Source: Podarcis cretensis (taxonomy: Eukaryota). Taken from it: 64,000 nucleotides of DNA. Below the pieces are notes generated by a model. That model saw nothing but the letters and a program-made list of their open reading frames with translations, was not told the origin of the DNA and did no database searches. The position numbers and the translations under genes were made by a program. The stretch spans positions 106,082,001 through 106,146,000 of the forward strand of contig OX638149.1 of the NCBI GenBank assembly GCA_951804945.1, written 5' to 3'. Shown piece after piece: positions 11,610 to 24,261 of this stretch (within the stretch, counting starts at the first letter, position 1; every line of letters begins with the position of its first letter).

Positions 11610-12714
11610 CTTAACCAAGACAACAAGATTGAGCATAAAAAAACAACAACATTGTCATTTGCTGCAGAAAGACTACAAAACAGTGGAATATTAAGAAACC
11701 TCTAATTGGTTCCTTGATCACCAGTGCATTCACTCACACAAAAGTCATTCCCATTGATTTCAGAAGCTTTTGCTTCCAAGCAAGATTATCCTTAAGTAAA
11801 ATGTGTACATCTCCATATTTTGTGATGTAGTTCTCCAACAAAAAAAATGGTGTGCAAAATGTGTATATTGTGAGAAAGTATGCATAAAACGCACAATTGA
11901 GTGAAAATATTTTTAAATGCACCAGATATTTGCTAAAATGTATATATTAGGCAAAATTCCACAGCAAAATGCATACAATGGGAGAAAGCACATTGAAATG
12001 CTGGTGAGTTTTTTGAGGGTGTTCTTTTTTATTTTTTAAAGCAAACGAATGCAAAAACTGAACTGAACTTAAGATAAGAAAAATGTTAACTCAAAACTAG
12101 ACAGATTCATCCATCCCTGTTTTCAGGATCTTGGGGACTTGTGGAGGAGGGAATTTCTGCTCCAACTATCCTGGTTCATGCATGCCTGTTACATTGTCTA
12201 AGTAAAATGGGAATGGCACTGATTTTAACGTAGATATGGGTTTCCACTGTTTTGATCAGACATCCATGGAATAATCATGACCAATAAACACATCACATAA
12301 TGACAATATTTAGCATCCTTTGAAGATCTTCATGGTTAAACTTGCTAATTAAGAACAAAGCAGGGCATACATGAATTAGCTGCTAAAAGACGACACAGCA
12401 AGCCTATAAACAGCTACAAACTCATAGCCACATTGCAAAACAAGGGCAGATATTTTGTACTTCTACTGTCAGATGTGGGGTACGCAACCCACTGCAATGA
12501 TGGAAGCCGCTGAAGGAGAGAGAGTGTAAAGGAAAAGCAACACCTGCACATATAATAAGGTACACATAATTAGTGTAAAATTGCAAGGCCCTGACCGCCG
12601 ACATACAAGCCTGGATATGCATAGTAAACAAGAAGCATATCCTGTGTGCTGAAGGATCTGCAAAAGTAGGACAACAAAATTAAGGATTCGCTTTGTGGTG
12701 TAAAATAAGGTTAC

Positions 12715-12819
12715 CGTGCTGAAGTTCTTCTGGTTTTCTTTAACTCTTAATATCTCTGGTGTTTCATTTACAACTGTGACTTTTCCTTTGCTGTCCTGTA
12801 GATCATGCTGGTACTTGAG
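12715..12819 (-). CDS. NEB: NEB exon LKYQHDLQDSKGKVTVVNETPEILRVKENQKNFST
   Basis: 105 bp, CAG/GTAACC. Confidence 0.95.
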
Positions 12820-13946
12820 CTGTTAGGAGAACACATATTTTTTGTTTATTGCCCTTCCAATAAAGAATTCAGTCTTGCGCCTTTATTTCTTTGGTATTCT
12901 ATATAGCTTTCTTATAAATAGGACAGAATCTTCAACCATCAGATAACAGGACAGAATCTTCAATCATCATGAGGCATTCTCTCAGCATTTACAGAGAATG
13001 GAGAACACCATGCACCATAGGGTAGGGACTCTGGGTGCACAGAAGATTTTGCGATTGGGGCCCACATTTACCCATTCATGTTTCCATCAGCTGGTGCTGT
13101 TTTCAAGCACATGCGACCTCAGGTAAACTGCACAAGCATATGCTATATCCTCACCATTCACCCGCATTTTTGTAACCTTGTATTCCACCTGTCCTGCATC
13201 CCAGCCACCCAATTTTCAGTTTTGCACTGTAAGGTATGATGCATGGAGACAAAGGCAGTGTTGAAACGGTCGTGACAAACAATGTACTACACCCTTCTTG
13301 AAAGGGGAGACTTTCACTGAAACCATGCCTCTCTAAGCCACACACACAAACATGCACATACAAAATGGGTAAGCTCATACAAGACCCCACGGCCCTTCAG
13401 GTGTTTCTAGACTCTAGCTCCCATCAGCCGCAGCCAACATGACCAGTGGTCAAGGATGGTGGGAGATAGAGTCCAAAAACATCTGCAGGGCCACAGACTC
13501 CCCATCCATAATGACACGTTGCCTGACACCACCTCTGATGTTGAGCGAGGAAGAATAAAAGACAAATAAAACCTTCCCATGCATCCTGAGATCTGGTTAA
13601 GCCAGGACAGTGCAATGCAAGAAAACAGCATGTTCTGCTTTAGTGCCATCACTTCCAAACAGGAATCTCATCTCTGCACAGTCACCATGGAGATTTCTAT
13701 CCATCTATCTGTAAATGTGTGTACACACGCGTTTACATCGTCAGACCTTACACAATTACTTTTACCTTGACCCAGGCAAGCAAGAGGCATTCTTACAGCT
13801 CTGGGATGTGTTCCAGCCATGCAAAAGCTCTTGAGGAGTGTGTGAGGGATGTAGGAGGCGGAATATTTGTCCTGAAAAGCGGAATCTTCCATCCTATGAT
13901 CTGCATGGGTCTGAGCAAGGTGTAAAACCCAATTTATCAATGGATG

Positions 13947-14295
13947 TAAAGGTAAAGGGACCCCTGACCATTAGGTCCAGTCGTGGCCGACTCTGGGGTT
14001 GCGGCGCTCATCTCACTTTACTGGCCGAGGGAGCTGGCGTACAGCTTCCGGGTCATGTGGCTAGCATGACTAAGCCACTTCTGCCGGACTAGTGCAGCGC
14101 ATGGAAACACCATTTACCTTCCCGCCGGAGCGGTACCTATTTATCTACTTGCACTTTGACATGCTTTCGAACTGCTAGGTTGGCAGGAGCAGGGACCGAG
14201 CAACGGGAGCTCACCCCGTCGCAGGGATTCGAACCACCGACCTGATTGGCAAGTCCTAGGCTCTGTGGTTTAACCCACAGCACCACCTGCGTCCC
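13947..14295 (-). mobile_element. Sauria SINE, full length
   Basis: tRNA-like head (GGTTCGAATCCC box B) on minus strand, (ACCTTT)n tail, 13-bp TSD TTATCAATGGATG at 13934 and 14296. Confidence 0.93.
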
Positions 14296-14584
14296 TTATC
14301 AATGGATGAGCAAGGGTTAAACCCTGCCGTGTTGGCTGTGGGGCATGGCATGAGCTGCAAACACAGAACTGAACCCTGCCCATCAACTGATTGTCAGGTG
14401 GGTGTGGGGATTTTTTTTTTTTGGGGGGGGGAATGGTCTCAGGAGTCAAATTGGACCCTGCCAAACCTGGCCTGTGGTCTGGAGTTTTCCCACCTCTGGC
14501 CTACATTCTGCACAGGACTTCACAGCATCACATATTTTTAAATAATCACACTTTTCACTGTGTTTACAATACATTAATACCTAC

Positions 14585-14689
14585 CATGCTGAAATTCTTT
14601 TGGTTCTCCCGGACTCTCTGCATTTCTGGTGTGTCTAGAACAGGCACATAGTACGACATAGTTCTTTCTGCATCCTCCTTATATTTTTT
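14585..14689 (-). CDS. NEB: NEB exon KKYKEDAERTMSYYVPVLDTPEMQRVRENQKNFSM
   Basis: 105 bp, CAG/GTAGGT. Confidence 0.96.
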
Positions 14690-14940
14690 CTGTTGGTGGT
14701 GCGGAAGGAGAGAGAGAGGAACAAGATTTATTGTTGTGGTAAAAAACAACAACCAAAAAGAAATATATACGCTTAATGTCCAAGAGGCAATTTGCACAAA
14801 AACATGTTTATGGTTATCTGGAGTTGAGATATGTGTGAAATGGTTCCTGCGTGAAAGAAGCTCCTATCAATGGGGAGCAAGACCCTCCTTTAAAAAAAAA
14901 AAATCTGGCTAAGCTAGTTGAAAACAAACACGATCATTAC

Positions 14941-15045
14941 CTGACTTGAAAAGTTCTTCACGTGGTGGGCATGGATGATGTCTGGTGTGTCAACCACCGT
15001 GGTATAGTTGGCTTTTTCCATTTCTGCAGACTGCTTATATTTGAT
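14941..15045 (-). CDS. NEB: NEB exon IKYKQSAEMEKANYTTVVDTPDIIHAHHVKNFSSQ
   Basis: 105 bp, CAG/GTAATG. Confidence 0.96.
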
Positions 15046-15183
15046 CTGTTGGTGGAAAGGTCACAAGCAGATATCCACAGTGAGTACATTTATGAACACA
15101 GCTTCCTCCTGATTTCCCCTTAGGAAATCTATGGAGAAGCTTCCCTTCCCAAGTGTTATTAGTGCCTGGCTGTTCTCACTGAC

Positions 15184-15297
15184 CTGGCTAGCGATGTCCA
15201 TAGCATTCTTTGCCCTCATATAGTCAGGTGTTTCTGTGGTATGGCCTGTCAAGCCTCTTCCTTTGATTTCCATCTCTAGAGATTTCTTGTATTCTTT
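15184..15297 (-). CDS. NEB: NEB exon KEYKKSLEMEIKGRGLTGHTTETPDYMRAKNAMDIASQ
   Basis: 114 bp, CAG/GTCAGT. Confidence 0.96.
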
Positions 15298-15616
15298 CTG
15301 TTGTGGTTTTTTTTAAAGAAAAGGATTAATAGAGATGAGACCATCACAACGGGGCAGGTTTTTCAAAAGTGACACTTATCCCAATTCACCAAGGGTGATC
15401 TTGATGTGAATCAAGCTGCTGCCCATACAACGTGCAAAAAAAGTGTGCCCCACAGGAGAGAAACGTATGCAGTCGAAGAAGCATTCACTCTTCACAGACA
15501 GTCTAAGTCATTTGATCATTTGTGTTACCTAAAAGGCTCATCTCCTGGCTAACACCTCAAAAGGAAATTATCTAACTTAATTAGCTATCAACACATGTTG
15601 ATTTCCTAAGATTTAA

Positions 15617-15969
15617 AAAGGTAAAGGGGACCCCTGACCATTAGGTCCAGTCGTGACCGACTCTGGGGTTGCGGCGCTCATCTCGCTTTATTGGCCAAGG
15701 GAGCCGGCATACAGCTTCCGGGTCATGTGGCCAGCATGACTAAGCCACTTCTGGTGAACCAGAGCAGCGCACGGAAACGGCGTTTACCTTCCCACTGGAG
15801 CAGTACCTATTTATCTACTTGCACTTTGACGTGCTTTTGAATTGCTAGGTTGGCAGGAACAGGGACCGAGCAATGAGAGCTCACCTCGTCGCGGAGATTC
15901 GAACTGCTGACCTTCTGATCAGCAAGTCCTAGGCTCTGTGGTTTAACCCACAGCACCACCCGCATCCCC
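15617..15969 (-). mobile_element. Sauria SINE, full length
   Basis: Closely similar to the 13947 copy; 13-bp TSD TCCTAAGATTTAA at 15604 and 15970. Confidence 0.93.
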
Positions 15970-16503
15970 TCCTAAGATTTAAGAAGTGTCTAATACACAG
16001 TTTAGGAAGTTTGCTTAACTTAATTAGCTTTTCGCACACGCCAATTTCAGAGGATTAAAAACGTCTGAAACACAGCTCAAATAGCACACAAGGGTCTAGC
16101 TATTGCCTTGCACAGGACACAAGCTTAATTAGCTGTATGTTTTCTAGCACCTACAAACCCATTAGAAAAATTGACCTGGGAAGGTAAATGGGATCTGACT
16201 CTGAGATATAATCAATGCTTCAGAAATTGCTAGAGCCCAGGCCTATAATTTCTCTTTATATTTAGCTTTGCGGGAATTCTTCTTATGAAAGGCCAGTTCT
16301 AACCTTATCCAAACAGCCTGGGAGGGATGCTGCAGCACTGCCTATTACCATGCCAACGTTGTCCTTCTTCTGGGAGTCATAGGGTGGAGACACATCATGC
16401 ATTTCTCCCCAATGTCTGGGGCTTTTGACATTAATCCAGTGCAGAAGAAGGGGGCCATGCTGCAGTGGCCCCCAAGAGAAGTTAGCCTAGCTATGTGTCT
16501 CAC

Positions 16504-16614
16504 CTCGTTCAAGATATAGGTTGCATTCTTTGCTCTGAGTAGGTCTGGGGTCTCTTCCAAAATGGTTAGGCCTTTACCTTTAACACCTTCTTCCAAATCT
16601 CTCCGGTATTCTTT
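16504..16614 (-). CDS. NEB: NEB exon KEYRRDLEEGVKGKGLTILEETPDLLRAKNATYILNE
   Basis: 111 bp, TAG/GTGAGA. Confidence 0.96.
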
Positions 16615-17073
16615 CTAGAGGGGGTGGGGAGAAAAAGAAAACTGAGGAAACCAAAAAGAGAGAGAGCTTCAAGAGGGAGGAGGAAGAAGGAGACCCCCTC
16701 CCCTAAAAAGAGTTAGTAAATAGCCTTCAGATTATCTTAAAGCAACACTTAGTTAGGGTGTTCAAGGTTCAACCTTCTAGATAGTCACACAGCTTGGCAC
16801 AACAACTTCAGTAAAGAACACAACATATAGTGAAACAATGATGTCTGTTCCACCAACAGGAAAACATTAATGCTGCTAATACAATTAACAATTAGTGATT
16901 TAAAAAAAAAAAACACCAATGGACTAGAACAAGCAACAAACACAGATTAAACCATGCACTTAAGAGAAATGTTTAAGGCTAGTAAAGACAGTAGTGAAGG
17001 GACTGCTTTGGTAAGGACAATTAATGAAACTAGTACGGTGGTTCACAGCAGAAGACAACAGAGGAGCTGCTAC

Positions 17074-17184
17074 CTCGCTTGCTATTTTGGTGGCATATCT
17101 GACATGCAAAAGAGATGGCGTGACCTCCAGGCCAGTAAGGTTCCTGCCTTTCATGGACTCTTCAAAGTCTTTTTTATATTCTTT
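17074..17184 (-). CDS. NEB: NEB exon KEYKKDFEESMKGRNLTGLEVTPSLLHVRYATKIASE
   Basis: 111 bp, TAG/GTAGCA. Confidence 0.96.
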
Positions 17185-17346
17185 CTAACAGGAGTAGGAA
17201 GAAGAAGAAGAGAAGGGGGAAAAACAGAATTTATTTTGGATCTGTGCAGGAAGAATATTTTCAAGTACTGTACTGTTAGTTTTGGGTCCTGTCTTGCCCT
17301 TGTTGTGTCAAGTTTGCTGGTCGGCCATTCGGTGTTGGGGGGGTTT

Positions 17347-17543
17347 AGCAGCGTGGTGTAGTGGTTAGAGCGTTGGACGATGGCCTGGGAGACAAATTCA
17401 AATCCCCACTCAGCTATGCAAATCACTGGATGGCCTTGGGACAGTCCCTGGGACTAAAATGGAGAGGGCAGAACCATGTACCCCAACTTGAGCTCCTGGA
17501 CGAAAAGGTGGTGTATAAATGTAAGGAACAGATAAAATAAAAA
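17347..17543 (+). mobile_element. MIR/Ther1-like tRNA-derived SINE
   Basis: Box A TGGTGTAGTGG, box-B-like TTCAAATCCCC, CCTTGGGACAGTC core, A-rich tail. Confidence 0.75.
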
Positions 17544-19020
17544 TACATTGCAAGCGCCCACTTTGTGTCTCTGACAGCAACAAGGCTTTGGATGAACATG
17601 TGATTCACAAAAGGTAGGGCTCCAGTCTTCCAGTGATCACCAGTATGCTCAGTTGGTAAGATGCCCTTAAAGCCCACAATAGTCTCATTCCTATGCTTTA
17701 GTGCTCACTAATTGTTAGGGTCAGTCTATGGAAGGGAAAATCCCAGAGCCAAAAGGGTAGGCATCCCATAAACCCCAGGCGGGGGGGAATGTCTAATTGC
17801 ATTTTGAATGACAATATATTGAAACAATTGACAGAATCACCCAAAGGACCTTATACCAGTATTTTTGCCTTGTATAAGTTTTGCTCTTGGACAGAACAAT
17901 GTGGACACTTCGATCAGGCTATGAAATCAGTGTATGGTTAAACAAAAAGCTAATATCAAGGGGAAGGGGGTGCTGTAACACTTAAAACAAGCAGGGATTT
18001 TCAGTGCTGAAGCACAACAGTTTCACAACTAATCTTGCTGATATAAAAGGATTAAATATTAAGGTACCCTTTCAATCGCTGTTCAGGCACTGTATTGGGA
18101 AATGATGGGCAGAGGCGGCTTTGAAAAAGTGCAGTTGAAAAGTGTTTCAAAAGACACATGAGAGGATGCTTGGCAAAGCCTCCAGGGAATGAGAAAAGGT
18201 AAAAGAATTGCGTTCTCTGACTGCTTATCTTCCTTTTCTTTAGAAAAATGTGAGAGGCCTCCTGGGCTCAAACCCAGGGCGCAAACTTCCCTATATCCAG
18301 ACCCCTTGCACTTGCATAATGGGGGATTGTTCTTTATCAGGTATGGCAAACACCTGCAGCAAGGTGTCAATGGCTGCACATGGCAAAGACAGCAAGGATC
18401 TGTAGACAGCAAGGGAGCAGGCAAGCCCCTGGGCCTGGCTATTGCAGGGAATCAGGTCTGTACTCCTGCTTGTCTCTGCAGTGCTGTGTTACTTCCTGCT
18501 TTGGAGACCAGAAGCAAGCACACCTTAAAGCACAGATGGTTGGTTATGGACCAAACTGTGCAACAGAGTCTTTATCTAGTCAACAGACTTTGAGATGGTT
18601 GTGCGGTGAAATACTGGGGGGGAACCCACCCTGAAACAATTGACAGAACCACCCCAATGTTATCAACCGAACACCTTATACAAGTATATTTCACCTTGTA
18701 TAAATTTCACATTTGGGACAGAACACTGACAAAACTGAGTTCAGGAAGGTCAATGGAAAAACTATAACTGGACACAAACAAGGCTTGAATGGTGTCAGCG
18801 AAAGTTGTTTATTACAAATTATATACTGCTACTTTTAGCAGCCAGTCTAATCTTCTGGTAGCCCATGGGAAACTGACAAACTGCAAGTCCTTTTATGAAC
18901 CAACACTTCTGTTATCACCTTAATTCCACAAATACAAAGTAAATTAATAGCTTAAGAGTCTGTAGCCTTGCTCCTAAACTTCTTCTATTTGGAAACCGTG
19001 AATCAGATTGTAATAAAGTG

Positions 19021-19155
19021 CAGCCTGTGTTGCCCCTCAGAGGTTTTGACTACAACCTCCATCATCCCTGATCCTTAGTCATCTGGCTGGGGCTGATGGA
19101 AGCTGTATGTCCCCCCCCAAAAAAACCCTGGAGGGCACCAGGTTGAACAAGGCTG
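19021..19155. mobile_element. Palindromic hAT-type MITE (family also at ~5425-5512, 13390-13505, 26110-26225, 34165-34290, 44640-45105, 46226-46375)
   Basis: CAGCCT...AGGCTG ends and internal inverted arms GACTACAAC(T)CCCATC / GATGG(G)AG(T)TGTA. Confidence 0.7.
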
Positions 19156-19320
19156 CTATAGGGTGAACAGAGGCATGATTATTTCAATTCTAGTTATACC
19201 TTCAGAAAGCATCTTCCCCACTAACTGCCTGAACCTGAATGGAAATAATACAATACCATGTTGTCGGGCCTTCATTTTCCAACATGAAACCAGGCTGCAT
19301 TCTGCCACAAAGCACCTTAC

Positions 19321-19425
19321 CTCGCTTTGCATGTGCTGAGACTCCTTAGCCGTGAGGTATGTTGGTGTTTCAAAGTCCAGCATGGGCTTCCCTCTTTCCT
19401 TTTCATATTTTTCCTTGTACTTCAC
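19321..19425 (-). CDS. NEB: NEB exon VKYKEKYEKERGKPMLDFETPTYLTAKESQHMQSE
   Basis: 105 bp, CAG/GTAAGG. Confidence 0.97.
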
Positions 19426-20401
19426 CTGCCAAGAGGGAGATAAATGTTATCTCCAGTGCATTGCTAGATATAGAATAGAAATGTACAGGGTGGCCCTGGA
19501 ATGTGGAAGGGAATTGGGTCTCTTCCCCAAGCCGTGCTCAAGAAACAATCATGTCAGTCATGAAAACCGCATGTCACAGTGAGTGACCTGTTGGGTGCCC
19601 CCAACACAGTCTGCTGCACCTCCCAGAGGAGGGCCAAGAAGCACTGAAATGCTGCTACCAGATGTCAAGGGTCAAGGCCAATTTCTATGCTCCGATGGCA
19701 ACACGGTTGAAGTCCACTTCTTCACATGTCAGGGCCCCATTTTGCAGCTGTAAAGATATGAAGCCACAACTGCGTGGTTTGCATGGCTAGTTCACACAGC
19801 ATTGCCTATGTGGAATTATGGCAATTTGTGAATAAGGGTTCGGAGAACAGTCTGAAAACCAATGTGCAAGAGTTTTTTGTTCAGTCGGAAAATAGCACAG
19901 ATAGTTAGAGAGGAACATTAACAACAGGCAGGTCCCAAAACATTTTAAGACCTGGCAAATTTTGAATTAACAAATAAACAACACATTTGTAACCAATTTA
20001 TCAGAATATAGACAGCTATATCTCACATGCAAGAAGTGTGCAAAACTATATATCCACAACAGACCTTAAAATGACATTCAATTACATTTAAGTGCCAGGG
20101 CTTTTTTCCAGCAAATTCTGTGAAGTGAGCTAGGAGCTCTAATTGGAGGATTCTAAGCATCTTTATAAAACTATTATTCCCGGAATTCCTTGGGAAAAGC
20201 AACTTCTTCATTTATATAGTAAATGTACTCCAAGATCAAAAGGAGTTTAATGTTGAAATAACTTTACAGCAATACTTTCTTTTTCTTATTAAGTGGTGTA
20301 TTTCCCCCTTCTTGGCAGACTGACCCTTCTAGATTCTAGAATGCAATGCAATGGGTTGTGAACGAGAAATAAAAAGCAGGAAACACTTATCTATGACTTA
20401 C

Positions 20402-20506
20402 TATGCTCTGAAGTTCTGAGGCCTCCTTTAGATGGATCTGTTCAAGGTTATCTGGAACCACATGGTAGTGACCTTTACTCTTCTCATATTTCTTCTTGTA
20501 CTGGTA
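20402..20506 (-). CDS. NEB: NEB exon YQYKKKYEKSKGHYHVVPDNLEQIHLKEASELQSI
   Basis: 105 bp, TAG/GTAAGT. Confidence 0.96.
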
Positions 20507-21333
20507 CTAAAGGGGAAGGTGTCAAAAACCACCTCAATAACAAAAAGGCCTAACCGGATCAGCTTTCTAGCTCCAGCCGATCCAACCATTTCAACAGAAA
20601 AACAAGAAACCCAAAGCATTTTTTTTAAAAAAGGAGAAGAAGAAGAAGAAAAAGGAATACATAAAGGGGTGGGGGAGGAAGAAAAAAAATCTCAGACTAA
20701 TGCCGAAGCACTTGTGATAGCTACTTTTCCCTTGCAATATTATGCAAGAAGGAACAAGATATTGTAAGTAAATAAAAAGAAAACCCCCAAAAAAGAAAGA
20801 AGGAAGAACAAAAGCAATATAGTGAACATGTGATACAATTAAAATGGAAGACAACACCACATCTTCTTTTCTTTTTAGCATATTCATCATTCTGTGGTCT
20901 AACAGCAGGATGATAAAAGTTCAGCAAAAGCAGAATTAATTTTGAAAAGGTTTTAAAAAGTTAAAAGAAGAAGAATGTTGAAACAATATTAAGCACAAAA
21001 AATATTGAAATCAAAAGGAGGAAAATGGTACTCCTGTTAGTCAAAAAGGAAAGTTAAAAAGGCCAAAAAAAAAGCCATTTACATGTGGTTAGAGGTTTTA
21101 CAATATTAGCAGTTCTACAGCTAATAGAAAATGCTTGAGAGACTAGGGGTATTAATTAGTCCGCATGAGGAACACTCATTAGGCAGGGAAGAAGAGAGAT
21201 CACTACCAGGTGATTTCCTAGGAACAGTCAAGGAGGAAAGCTGTTACAGAAATTGTTAGCGGATATTATCTCAGAAAGGCAGATGGATGAAATGCTAAAG
21301 TGAATATGGTCTGAGATGAGCTAAGAGGCTTAC

Positions 21334-21438
21334 AGAACTGGCGAGATGGCTGGTGTTCAAGACATGATGCATCGACAGGGATTCAGACATGTCTGTCACT
21401 GGTTTGTGAAGTTTCTTCAGGTCCGCCTTATATTTAAT
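21334..21438 (-). CDS. NEB: NEB exon IKYKADLKKLHKPVTDMSESLSMHHVLNTSHLASS
   Basis: 105 bp, CAG/GTAAGC. Confidence 0.96.
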
Positions 21439-21699
21439 CTGATGAGGGAAGTTCAAAGAAACACAATAAAGGAAAACGCAAACAACACTTAGAAATCAGA
21501 CGCATTAAAAAGGAACAGGACTCAGTCAGACTTTGCATCAAAATGTTGCGGGGGCAGGGCACTGGGCAAGAGATGATTAATGAGATCAGAATTACTGCAA
21601 ATGTTCCTTAAATGATCCAGGCACATGTTCTTTTAGGGAAATTCAGGTACATGGCCCAAGAAGGCTAGGCAATAGTTGAAGATGACAACTCATCATCAC

Positions 21700-21938
21700 T
21701 ATTTTCTGCGGTTGTGCCTGCTTGTGGAATGTGCTCGTTTGACACCTTCATTACATAACCTTAGGTGCCAGGCAAAAAAAATCCTCTTCTCCTAGCCCTT
21801 TGGCTAATTAAACAATCTGCGGCCTTTTAAACCGTGTTTGTGTGTGATGTTGTTTGATACTAAAACATGTATTTTTGTATTTTTATATTGTAAACTGCCC
21901 TGTGATCCTCAGATGAAGGTTGGTATAGAAATTTAATA

Positions 21939-21983
<45 letters not shown>
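21700..21983 (+). mobile_element. L2/CR1-clade LINE 3' end with (AAT)n tail
   Basis: Decayed TGTGGAA(T)...CCCTTTG end, TGTAAACTGCCCTG...GGTATAGAAAT 3' motif, (AAT)n at 21935-21983. Confidence 0.65.
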
Positions 21984-21984
<1 letters not shown>

Positions 21985-22219
21985 TCCTCCCCTTCGGCCA
22001 GTATTATGTTCAGGGGCTCAACTCCCAGTTCTGCCTCATACTCGGTTTCATGGACAAGCTGCTTGTCCCTTATGACTAGCTACACCCCTCAAGGCAGCCA
22101 TTTTGTGACTAGCCATGGTCTCCCAGCTGCCATTATGTTGTGATACTCATAAGCTTTTCCAAATGGGCCCATGAGCCTGAAAAGGGTTGGTAACTACTGG
22201 ACTAAAGGCCCACACATAC

Positions 22220-22330
22220 CTCACTAGCGATGTGGTGGGCATCTTTTAAGGTCTTGTAGATCTTGGCTTCCTTCAGGTCATATTGCGGCTTATTGCCCTT
22301 CTCCTTGTCAAACTTCTCTTTGTATTTGAT
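22220..22330 (-). CDS. NEB: NEB exon IKYKEKFDKEKGNKPQYDLKEAKIYKTLKDAHHIASE
   Basis: 111 bp, TAG/GTATGT. Confidence 0.96.
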
Positions 22331-24148
22331 CTAATTCCAAGAGGAACAAGTGTTAAAACAAGGTCCCGACTTTTAGCTTGTCTAGTGCCAAGGGAGAAAG
22401 AGTCCACATTCAGATTGTCAAAACTGATCCCGATTGCAAGCAGACAGGTCGAACAATGCAAGCCATAAGACCTCTTTGAAAAAGAAGATACCATTAACGA
22501 AGGCCAGGAAAATTCACCTGATGCAGCAATGAAGTTGGCACACACTGCATTTACAAGATTTCGTGTTGCGTCTTTCATTCAGTAGTTGTGTTTCAGCTCC
22601 ACATTTGAAATATATAACTCATTCATGGAGGGGGGGGGGCGGAATCTGAATGTTGTGTGTGTGCAGCATGGCTATCAAGAGACACAAGAGCTAAATTATG
22701 ACTGCATTGTGCATTTTTCTGTGGCCTAAAATGGGTGTTTCCTGATACAGGGCAATAGAAACATCTGACTTTCTAAATATTTCTTTCCTGCCTTCCCTCC
22801 AAGGGATTTCGAGCAGCATTCAACCAAGATATGCTACACTGGAGCCCAGTGTTCTACCAATACACTGCCTAATCAAAGAGGCAGTTGCATTTGATCTGAT
22901 AACTATAATTATTGGCTTTAAGAGAAATTGCAAAAAGACTGATTTTAAATAAAAAGACATGTTCATGATAGAGAATAAAGGTCCTGCTAGATGCTCTATT
23001 CAGAAGAATACTATAATGCACTCTCAGTACTAGAATTCAGAAGAATACTATACTGCACTTTTATTTACAATGACTTTCCTATGCCCTCTGATGGACCGTC
23101 CAGTTCTGCCTGACAATTGAAGTGAGCAAATGCAGCTTGGTTACTTTCATTCTAATGGAGGAATAAACAGATTCACCATGTTTTCAGTCGAAGAACTTGC
23201 CAGGGGATATTACTGCTTACTAGTACTTTGCACTGTTAGTGTGTAAAGTACATAGAGCAAGGTTCTTAAGACTGAAAAGCTTCATTATCAAATGCTCCAT
23301 AAAAGCTCCATAAAAGAAGAGGTAAGATATTAGTCATTTGCTAGAGAGAGAGAAAATAGCAGTTATACAAATCCTGGCATGAACCAGCAAAAATTAAGCA
23401 CCTGGATTCCAAATGATTTCAACGAGAGCTTATGATGTATTTTAGCCCTCTCGTGTTGAAATCAATGGTTTGATATGCTTAATTTTACATGGATGGCACC
23501 CAGTCTTCACCCCACCCCTGGCAAGAGCTGATTGACGTAACTGATGAAAGGAATAGATCATGCTAGGGAGCAATGCACAGGGCTGAAAAGAAGAAAAGTT
23601 TAACGTTAGAAAACTGGAAGATGCCACAGTGCAGATTTCAATTCCATTCCACGATTCTGGATGTCTAAAACATGTTGGCATGTTTTTATCCAAACAACCC
23701 TGTATCCTTCATGCTGGATAGCCTCATCTTTTGGACATGGGTTGACAAAAGATGCCAGTGGTCAATATTCAAGTGACAGTCAAGTACACTGTTTATGTTT
23801 ACTTTTTAAAAAATGCAGGACACTCTGGGCACTGACGCTCTTGAGAAGGACAAGACTCTTCCTACAATGAACACAGACACACACAAACACAAATGACGTA
23901 TTACAGGTAGGTGGGGACCATTATGGGCCACCACAATTCAGATATGCATTTTATGCCTGAATAGTGGCTCCACAGGGCACAAGCTACTTTCTTAGAATAC
24001 TCTGTGGGTTTCAAAAGCATTTTGACATTTGTCGTGAGGACCCACTAGATCAAAATGCAAGTCTCTCGTTAATACTTGCGATTTCCATCAGGATTCCGTA
24101 CTTGCTAAACAAGATTTGTTAATGGACATGAGATAATGAACAAAAAAC

Positions 24149-24261
24149 TATGGATGATTGGCAGAGAAGCTGACGGAAGTCCAAAAGTTGAAATTTGTGA
24201 AAATGTTTGATATGGTGATATTTGTATAATGGAAAATTTAATAAAAATTATTATTAAAAAA
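24149..24261 (+). mobile_element. Severely 5'-truncated L1-like 3' UTR insertion
   Basis: 19-bp TSD GAGATAATGAACAAAAAAC at 24130 and 24262; AATAAA plus A tail; resembles the 3' UTR of the L1 at 41608. Confidence 0.8.

Noticed and set aside
21207-21240. 34-nt segment with a GCTAAC branch-like site, AG and GTAGTG
   Set aside because: Not a multiple of 3 and not needed, since the flanking exons join into correct modules.
24076-24104. 29-nt AG..GT segment (QVRNPDGNR..)
   Set aside because: Weak donor, out of frame, runs into TAA.
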